Positions 54,830 to 64,000 of a stretch of DNA of 64,000 nucleotides are shown one piece after another (position 1 is the first letter of the stretch; every line of letters begins with the position of its first letter). A model generated the notes under the pieces. It was not told the origin of the DNA. It saw only the letters and a program-made list of their open reading frames with translations, and ran no database searches. Both the position numbers and the translations under genes were made by a program. The stretch is from Eledone cirrhosa (Eukaryota): assembly GCA_964016885.1 (NCBI GenBank), contig OZ024744.1, positions 14,012,001-14,076,000 of the forward strand, given 5' to 3'.

Positions 54830-57800
54830 CTTATACATACACATACTTATACATATACATATATATACATACATACACACAGAAATGTATATCTATTTTT
54901 AAAAAAGAGGTGGCTGTCTAAAGGGTAAGGTAGAAAGTAGGGAGGAATAGAATTCAACAGCATTATAAATAACGTAGGAAAAAAAATATAAATATAAGAG
55001 GAGATGAGGGAGAAAAAGAATATATGGGTACAGAATGTGAGTTCAGAGAGTAATAAGGATCGTAGTGGATGTAAGGCATAATGAGTAAAGAAGAAGTTCA
55101 TGGTGGTTGAGTCATCGTAGGAATGTCAATCCAGTTACAAAGTAGATTTGATTTCAGGTGAGGACAACATCTGAAGATCTCACTCTTGGTGTTAAGGCAA
55201 GTGGAAGTGGCTTTCAAATTTTGGAGAATTCTAATTTTTACCGTGGTGCACAAAGAACAATTCTTTGTGCCCCTTTTTGATATTCTCTTGAATGGTCTAA
55301 AATAGACCAAACGATAGTGTACGGGATGTTTTTGTCTTTGAATTCCCACACTTTATTTGCGAGAGCCGTTGCTGTTCTTTTATCAGGGTGTTTAAAAGAA
55401 GCGGCATGTGCATAAAACCTGGTTTTGAACCTGTCCTGAGTCATGCCATCATGACTCAGGACTCACTCCTGGCTGGCTGGTTGTTAATCAACGGTGTCAA
55501 TTTGGCCTCATACACGACGGATTTAGTATTACATTTGCCCTGTAATGGGCATTCTTCCGGCCTCCTGCAACTGCATCCTGGATTTACTCTCGTACGATTA
55601 GAGTTGGTAATTTTAGTTTTCATTGATGGACAGCAAGAGTAACTGATTTTGACTACATTTCTATTAAATATCTTATAATATCTATGATTAGGGGTTAATG
55701 TTTGTCTAGGAGGTCGAGGAATTTCCTTCTTACATTAGTTTTGACAGTTAGAGAGAAGGGGGTGTAAACCAAATAATTTTCCTTTTCCTGTTATTGTGAT
55801 TAGTTTTAGAGGAAGGAGTAGATAAATATTTAATATGTTCTGTAAAGCCGCTGTTATTGAGGGCCTTATTATACATGTTAAAAATGTCTAGAGACGAAGA
55901 TAAGGTAGAAATCCTACGGCTTATGTTAGGAATAAGATTTTAAAAACTATAGGGGATGGCAAGACTCTTTGTGTATATATCTTAGATTCTCGTTAGGTTT
56001 ATGATAAGGTTTAAAAGAGGCGGTAAGTAGATCAAGATTAATATCAAGAAAGTTAGCATTAGTAAGGTTCGTATCTATAGTAATTTTAAGGTTTAGGTTA
56101 GCAAAAGTACTGATTAAATCTTTACGGAATTTATCAAGGCTATGGCCGTTTGTGGTATGAGAAACTGCCAATACGTCGTTTCGGTGTAAACCGATATTAT
56201 GGCAAGGAAATGTCTCTTTAAGGGTGTAGAGAAGGAATAATCCTACTAAGTCGCACACATCAGCACTGTCATATGAACCCATCGCAACATCAAAAGAGTT
56301 TTCAAGGATTGACTTTTTAATCCAAATACTTTCATTAGTAAAGAGTAGAGTTTTCCTAGCATGAAAGATAATGTCTTTTTCTAATTTAGAAATATTAATG
56401 AAAGGTCTTGCAAAATCTAAGGCTTTTGTTAATAAGGAAACAGTAATAGAGGGGTAAAAATCAACAATATCAAATTAGGTAAATCTACACTTATTTTTAC
56501 CTTGTATATTATTAAACCAAGAAATAACAGAGGATGTATTTAACCATTGTGATAAATCAGTTTTAGTTCTAATTTGGAGTATTATTTTTCTTAACATTTT
56601 TTTACTTGCAAGGTAACTTCAGATTTAGCCGGGTTAATTAGTCTACAGCTAGCTCAATTAGTGAAGTCTGATTTATGGTCTTTAAGGGTAATATACTCTT
56701 TACGTTTAGCTAGGCTTTCAATCCGGTTGTCTATTTTTAAAATACTAGCTAGGTCTTAGAGCTTCTTTATTAATAGTATTGTAGGTGTTATTGTTAGCTA
56801 ATTGATATTTATTGGTGATACTATCTGTTAAAAGTTGGTTATACAAAATACTATTTACTTCAAAGAGATTTTTAGTTTTATCGGAAAGAACAAAAGTGTT
56901 AGTAGAATTTTTAAGATTAGAAATATCGTTAGAAAGTTTAGTTTGAAAGTTATTGTTGTACTTACGAATTAAATTAACAAGGTCCAATTCGAAGTTGGCC
57001 ATGTCTTTAATTCTAGGTGGGTATTTGCGGGATTTAATGCCAAAACAATCATTTGTATCAGCACTGAATAGTCCATCGTAAACCATTGCCTTCCATCTCA
57101 TTCTGTTAACAACTTGTTCGATTTTATCTATAAGCAGTTTGGTATAAGTTGTGTTGGAAGGAGTAGGTATATTTTTGATAGAATAATCCAATTCATAAAC
57201 GTCCATGGTGTATGTTGGTTAATTTCCTGAAAACTATAGAGTGCTCAACTTATCGGGCTGGAAAGTGCCAATCATATATGTAATATAGAATATGCCTCAA
57301 TCAATCCCGGTTGAAGTAATTCCGTCGGAAAGGTCCAGGAAAAAAAAGTGCTCTATGTAGGTTACAGAGCTTATTAGTTATGTAATAAACAGCATAAGAT
57401 AATTATTTCATTTACCAATGGTTTCTTGAAAGCAAACAAATCTGCTTTCAGTTGTTAGAATGAAAAAATTCTGGTGTTTTTATTGAATGTAGATTTGAAA
57501 ACAAAAATATAAGAAATATGAAAGTGAGGCTGAGGGAAGAAGAAAGAAAGATTATAAATATATAAGTATATAAACACACACACACACATATATATGCACA
57601 TATATATATATAAATATACATACACATAAATACACAAACACATGTATATATATATATACACATATATATATACACACATACATACATATATACACACACA
57701 CACATAATTATAAAAATAAGTAAAAATAAATAAACTCGACCATGCGCATATATTAAAATAAGCAGTCACATCAACTGGCAAAGATAAATCCATATACATG

Positions 57801-57840
57801 AAATCAAAATAATAAATAAATAAAAGTAAAAAATAAAGTC
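54830..57840 (-). mobile_element. Naiad-like Penelope element, near full-length and decayed, with upstream direct pLTR
   Basis: ATG 57206; YSIKNIP..RMRWKA, SDKTKN, ITLKDHK, FDVAMGSYDSADVCDLVG, NFLDINL, KPYHKPN, CSC..CPL..C..VVYEA..FKTRF..H, CSLC, CCPH. 5' flank contains a hairpin (57350-57370) and an HHR remnant. Confidence 0.92.
57406..57465 (-). ncRNA. Degenerate hammerhead (core CTAACAA instead of CTGACGA)
   Basis: Stems nearly identical to 40345-40404; two G>A changes in the core. Confidence 0.65.
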
Positions 57841-57940
57841 ACATATAAAAATAAAAAATAAAAACTATCAAGTTGACAGCGATACGAAAGGGGAAAAAAA
57901 TACAAATAAAAATAAATAAACAGACACACACACACACACA

Positions 57941-58044
<104 letters not shown>

Positions 58045-59721
58045 GTAGGAGGTGAGTTTTATTGTAGCACAATAAAGCAATGAAAATATCGGATAAGTAG
58101 CACTCTACAGTTTGTAGGACTGGAGTATAAATAATATAAGATCAAAAATGCTATAGTCAGTAATATTGGGAAAAGAATATCAAACCTATCTTCTAATAAA
58201 ATATCTTTGATGCTAACGCGAATTACTATAATAATGCGCTTTCTAAAGCCGGTTATCCTGATAAAATTAAATACAGTAAAGAAACCAATCCTAGAAGGTC
58301 TTACAGTAAAATAATTAATTATGATCATTCTAATAACTTAAATAAAAGACCTAGATACAAAAATATAATCTGGTATAATGTTCCTTTCTCTATTTCTATT
58401 AATAATAATATTCCTAAACTATTCTTTAGGGCCTTAAATAAATGCTTCCCTTCCTCACATATCTCTAGTAAAATCTTTAACAAACATACAATAACATTTT
58501 CCTATTCCACCTCCTCCAAAATCTCTAACATTATCTCTAAACAACAATAACATATTAAATATTAAATCACATCCTTCCAACACTGAGCGTCATAATAATA
58601 GCAGTAGTACTCCCGACGTCATTGTTAACTCTAGGCTAGATTCTGCAAACTCAAATACGACGTCAAACGTAACTTCGTTGAATGTTCATAATACCAATCT
58701 AAATCAGGAAACTATTATTCCTATTGTAAATAACTTCTCCAATCCAATTCCTCCTATAAATAACACTAGGTCACTTGTTAATAACTCTGTTAATTTTTCT
58801 AATCGCAATTGTAATTGCCCTGCCAGAACTAAATGTCCTCTCAATAACCATTGTCTTGATAAAAACTTAGTCTATGAATGTAAGGTTATAACTGATACCA
58901 ATTCCTTTACCTATTTCGGTTCCACCTCCACCTCCTTCAAAGGTAGATTTTATAATCACAATTCGTCTTTTAAATACCAACTTAAAAGAACTAACACGGC
59001 ACTCTCAGAACTCATATGGTCCTTGAAAGACAAAAATATTAACTATAACATCTCTTGGAGAAAAGTTTGTTCTGCCTCTCTCTACTTGAATGCCTCCTTA
59101 TCCAGAACATGTAATCTTTGCCTATCTGAGAAATTTACCATTATATCTAATTTCAATTCTATAATAAATAGACGCACCGATTTATTTTCTCTCTGCTTGC
59201 ATAAATTCCACAGAACATTCCATAAAGTATACAGCTAATATCTAATACCTTACTAGTTTAAAATCCTTTTTCTCAAAGACTTATATATCTTTTTAAAATA
59301 TACCCATCTTTCTACCTTATTTCAATATTATTTATTATATATTATATAATACAAGTTCATCATTCTATATCATTCCTCTTTATCACTTTCTTTTCTTCCT
59401 CTTTTCTTTTTAATTTCTAACCTCTAATCTGTACTTTTTCTTCCTAACAACTTCTCAATTCTTCTTATTACTCACCACAACATTATTCATTCTTCCATCT
59501 TTCTTCATATCATTGGCCATAAAAATTATTATTATTTTCTTTAATACATTATAGTATTACCTTTAATAGTCCTTCGTAAACATAAACATTTTTTTGACGT
59601 TAGATTTTTCTTCCTTAAATTCCTTATCTCTTCCTTTCATGCTCGTTTGACTTTTACATATTACAATACATAAAAACAAACTTAAACCCTAACTAATTTC
59701 TTTTAATATATTATATTATTA

Positions 59722-59900
59722 CCAAGGGCGGTGGATTGGCAGTATCGGTGGAGGGTCGGACGCCATGCTTTCCAGCATAGTTACGTCCCTTTACGATCTG
59801 AGATTGACTTTGCCTTTCATCCTTACGGGGTCGATAAAATAAAGTACCAGTAATGCACTGGGTAATTGCTGGCCTTGTGCCTAAAGTAGAAACAATTATA
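59722..59900 (+). mobile_element. tRNA-derived SINE (B-box deleted)
   Basis: GGCGGTGGATTGGCAGTATCGG A-box; central GCCTTTCATCCTTACGGGGTCGATAAAATAAAGTACCAG (resembles the Meta-type central domain of octopus SINEs); tail TAGAAACAATTAT. Confidence 0.85.
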
Positions 59901-60366
59901 TTATTACCATTAAAAAATACTTCGTAAACATATATTTTTTTATGTTAGATATATTCTTCCTTAAACATTCTTTTCTTCTTTGCTTTCTGCGCTCATTTAT
60001 AAACAAACTATTTACGTACATATATTACGCACACATATTACATTACAGAAAAACAAACTTAAACACTAACTAATTCCTCTAAATTCATAACTCATTCACT
60101 CTTCTACTTCTTTTCACATTATATCCTTAATAACATTAATATTTTTATTTTAATAATACATATTAATAATTTCTTTTCCTCGCACATATTATTAAACCCT
60201 TCAATATACAAACCTTAATTTAATATTATTCTTAATCCCATTTTCTCTTCATGCATAAACCTCATTAACTTTTAATTTCAAATTCTTTTAAATTATCTAT
60301 TATCTTCCAACGGCTTTTTAACTTCTCTCTGTGAGGCAATATACATTTTTTTCTCAGTTGTAAAGG

Positions 60367-60369
60367 CTC

Positions 60370-60445
<76 letters not shown>
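60367..60445. repeat. (CT)n microsatellite expanded within the PLE 3' UTR
   Basis: Seen directly; the homologous position at ~26815 has only a short CT run. Confidence 0.95.
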
Positions 60446-60449
<4 letters not shown>

Positions 60450-60649
60450 CCATCTCTCCTCCTCTCTCATCCTTCCTTCTTATACTCCTCTCCCACCATT
60501 TTCTTTACTCTTATCTCCTCCTCTTCCTTACCTTTTCCACCCCCCTCTCACTTTTTCCCAATCTCATACATCAATCTTAAATTATTTTTCATATGTTGAT
60601 TTAAAACTTCATTATTCACAAGTGTTTTTTAAGCTTCATATGTATCCCT

Positions 60650-60718
60650 ATTTTATCTGATGAAAACGCAGATATCATCCCATGATGATATTTGTTTTTG
60701 AAATGCGCATAATAAAAT
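60650..60718 (+). ncRNA. Type I hammerhead ribozyme
   Basis: ATTTTAT CTGATGA AAAC-GCAGATATCATC-CCAT-GATGATATTTGT-TTTT GAAA TGCGCA TA ATAAAAT. Confidence 0.9.
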
Positions 60719-60770
60719 ACTTGGAACTCTTTTAACCATCTTTTGATCTTATATATATATATATATATTT

Positions 60771-61238
60771 ATATTGTTATACTTTGGGAGGGTCATGTTG
60801 CTAGTAAGAAACACACGCACCAGTTGCTTTCACTCCAATTTATTATAAATAAAAAAAATGTTTTTTCTTATTTATAAATTTCCGGTTGGTTAGTTAGTCC
60901 CACAACCGGACGGTTGTTCATATATTGTCAAAGTTCTTTCGACACACATTTCTTGAAAAACAAGATGGCGTAGGACAGAACAAAGGAGAGGCACAAAACA
61001 AAGAAAAAAATCCCCAGTAACTGAAGAGGTCACAGAATGTGGAACCAACCAACCAACCGGAAATTTATAAATTATTTTTAAAAAATAAAAAATTAAAAAA
61101 AAAAATTTATAATAAATTGGAGTGAAAGCAACTGGTGCGTGTGTTTCTTATTGGCAACATGACCCTGCCAAAGTATAACAATATCGGTTTCAACACACGT
61201 TTTCATATAAAGAATCTTGCTAAACAAATTCAGAAACG

Positions 61239-61241
<3 letters not shown>
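60771..61241 (+). mobile_element. ORF-less fold-back element related to the pLTR at 15340-15680
   Basis: Inverted repeat 60771-60904 / 61038-61183. Shares AAGATGGCGTAG and ATGACCCT.CCAAAGTATAACAATAT..CACACG.TTTCATAT with 15342 and 15607. CTGAAGA..GAAA-TTTATAAA remnant at 61021-61073. Confidence 0.75.
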
Positions 61242-61276
<35 letters not shown>

Positions 61277-61844
61277 GATAACAAAATATCGTTATAGGTA
61301 ATCCAATTAGAGGTTGTGAATACTTCTTATTATGGATCGTTTTAGCATAGGGCGTTGTTTGACTCAACAAGAGGTTTACGTAGATAACGAGTTTATGATT
61401 TCACTTGTATTCCTGTGTAAGTTTATCTTGGAGTAATAACATTGAAAAAGTGGAGAATAACATGGTCAACAGTACAAAAAAGGGATTTATTTGCAGTCTA
61501 ACAATTGTTTCACTGATAGAGATGTCTAAAAATGGCTGAACACTAAAAGCAGTGCCACTCAATTTTAAATACGATGTTAACTCTATTAGATCTTCAGAAA
61601 CTGTTAAAAAAATATATATGTAACCGGCAAATTTATAAATTCAAATTACATCGTCAATAATAATATTAATAATAAAGATATATAGAGAAAATGAAGAAGA
61701 AAGGGAGATAGATACAGTAAAGAAAGAAAGGAAAGGAAGGAGAAAGAAGAAGAAAGAAAAAGAAAAAGAAAAAGAAAAAGAAAAAGAAAAAGAAAAAGAA
61801 AAAGAAAAAGGAGAAATTATTATAGATAGAAATATAAAGAGAAG

Positions 61845-62530
61845 ACATTTAGATGCTTTTCTATGATGATGTTATATGCTTATGTTTTGTATTAGGTGTT
61901 ATGATACTTATTTGCGGACCACTTGTATAAATTCTTTTATAGTTAATTTTATGAATTTATAATACAAGTGGCCCGCAAATAAGTACCATAACACCTAATA
62001 CAAAACATAAGCATATAACATCATCACAACCAAACACGTCAGAGCACATCAACACAATACATCAACAAACCAAATTCTCAGCCCATACATAGCAACCTAA
62101 AAAACCATATAGAAGAACCGGCGCATAGAAAAGCATCTAAATGTAACTGCCATCTACCTGACAAACGGCCTTTACAAAATAGATGCCTAGAGACAAATAT
62201 AGTATACCTATGTACTATAAATTCAGGTAGCTTAGCATGGCATTATATTGGTTCCACAGCTAGGGAGTTTAAGAAAAGGTGGTACGTACATAGATACTCT
62301 ATGACTAACAGGAATCTCTCAATGACAACGACTCTCGCCAATAAAATCTGGCAACTCAAAGATGCAAACATGGAATATAAAATCAGCTGGACAAAGCTAT
62401 CAACATGGTATGTCCCACTGTGGTCTCTGTAATATGGAACTTTTCCAAATTTTAAATTACAACAAAATTCTTCTTAACAGTAAAATTTAAAAAACTATTT
62501 TTTGTCGATATAAATCGGCGACTAAATTTG
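61845..62530 (+). mobile_element. Old PLE GIY-YIG fragment with deleted inverted duplicate
   Basis: From 62140: KCNCHLPDK.PLQNRCLETNIVYLC..YIGSTAREFKKRW..H..TTLANKIWQLKD..ISW. 61845-61933 is the reverse complement of 61953-62025 plus 62124-62144. Confidence 0.85.
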
Positions 62531-63034
62531 AGAACTTTAGACCAGCTTAATTCCATCTTATCTATTCCATAACCCAGATTGTACCACTTGGATCTATTAT
62601 GATATCACATTATCAACATCATCATTATAATTATAATTATAATTATAATTATAATTATAATTATAATTGTCATCATCTATCAAAGAACAACATCAAAACC
62701 TCTTATATTTACATTCTTAATTTATATATCTCTATTTTTCACTCTTTATCTTTATATTTCTCTCCCTAAATTTATTTCATCTCTGTCATTTTATTTTATC
62801 ATATAATATAACTTAACTAATTAATTTATTTATTTATTAAAATAACCAATACACACATAAATATATTTAACATTATCATATGTTCACCTTATTATCTCTC
62901 CATATATTTCAACAATTCTCAAAAACCATTCTCAATAATTTTAATATGTTTAAATATTCTTCGCAAATTTTTACTCCTTTTACGTATTTATTTTTATTCT
63001 TCATTATTCACATTTTATACCATTTTATATCACA

Positions 63035-63749
63035 CTAGCAGTGGTACCCGGCGTTGCACGGAATAAGGTATTTTGGAACGCGGACCGCCAAGAGACCTAA
63101 TCGTGGAAAAACTGCATGCCTGGACAATATGTAAAGAAAATAAACCGAATACTCTGATGGCTGGATAATCTTTAAGATTTTCCTCGATGAAGCAGGAAAA
63201 ATGCAGGTTTTCACCTAATGCGGGTCCTAGGGAATTAAGAAAATGAATTTTTTTATGTGCATAATATACCTTGAAATTTCGGGAAAATCACCTAAACGCC
63301 TCCAAAAAGCCTTAAAAAGCTGAAAATATGAAGTTTTTCACCTAATGCGGGCCCTAGGCCATACAGAAGTTGGATTTTCTTTGATCACGGTATGAAGAAG
63401 AGACTGACTATTACATAGTTACAATTTCAAGGAAATCAGTCTGACGTAACGCCTCAAAAAACCCCTAAAAACCTGAAAAAACGCAGTTTTTCACCTAAGG
63501 ATGAAAAAGTTGAATTTTTTTATGTGCATAACACCACCTGAAACATAAGTAATACACATGTAAAGTTTGAATAAGCTCGGTTGGGTGCTTCTCGAGTTTT
63601 AGGGATTCAAACTCACAGACACACACACACAGACATCCTCAGGGAAGTGACGTAATGCAGACAGATATTATAAGGGCGCGTGTTACTTGAGTTTTAGGGA
63701 TTCAAACTCACAACACACAGACAGACATCCTCAGTTTTATATATATAGA
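63035..63749 (-). mobile_element. Complete non-autonomous Helitron
   Basis: Minus strand starts A|TCTATATATATAAAACTGAGGATG and ends with hairpin CCGTGCAACGCCGG, then GTACCACTG-CTAG|T. Inserted in an AT dinucleotide without TSD; internal tandem subrepeats. Confidence 0.9.
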
Positions 63750-64000
63750 TTAGATATTATTTATTTATTTATTTATTTATCAATTTTTATATATATTTTT
63801 CATATATTTTTTATATATCTTTTATTTTTATTTACATTTATTCATGTATTAACGTTTATTCATCTATTTGTCCCTCTATTCTTCTTCTTATCCTACGTTA
63901 TTTCTACTTATGTTTGTCTCTCCTCTATCTACCATCATCTTATATATATGTTCTCTTTATATTTCTCTCTATAATAATTTCTCCTTTTTCTTCTTTCTCT

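Noticed and set aside
61016-61075. CTGAAGA..GAAA TTTATAAA hammerhead remnant
   Set aside because: Plausible by homology to 15384, but stem I register is broken; not listed as a ribozyme.
63190-63530. Spaced repeats TTTTCACCTAA resembling a CRISPR array
   Set aside because: Degenerate ~130-150 bp subrepeats inside a Helitron; eukaryotic context, no cas genes.

Overview
AT-rich, repeat-saturated eukaryotic (animal) DNA. The SINE family suggests a mollusc, probably a cephalopod (inference). No host protein-coding gene is recognisable. The window is a nest of retroelements inserted into microsatellites. (i) Penelope-like elements (PLEs; RT + GIY-YIG) of at least three lineages, mostly 5'-truncated with inverted pseudo-LTRs, plus many ORF-less fold-back derivatives, nearly all bounded by (TA)n. 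(ii) An ~11 kb stack of a Tx1/L1-like element and R4/Dong-like RLE elements inside one (ATT)n tract. (iii) A decayed CRE-like element with a PHD finger. (iv) Helitron pieces and three tRNA-derived SINEs. Reading both strands by eye gives about 18 type I hammerhead ribozyme motifs from about 11 unrelated repeat families. These include U3:A8 core variants, very long stem II insertions and palindromic stem III. A short RCTC...GAGY hairpin recurs about 40-150 nt downstream of the ribozyme across families and sits in the tail kept only by one arm of each fold-back. All folds and alignments were done by eye, and element boundaries are approximate (about +/-10-30 nt).
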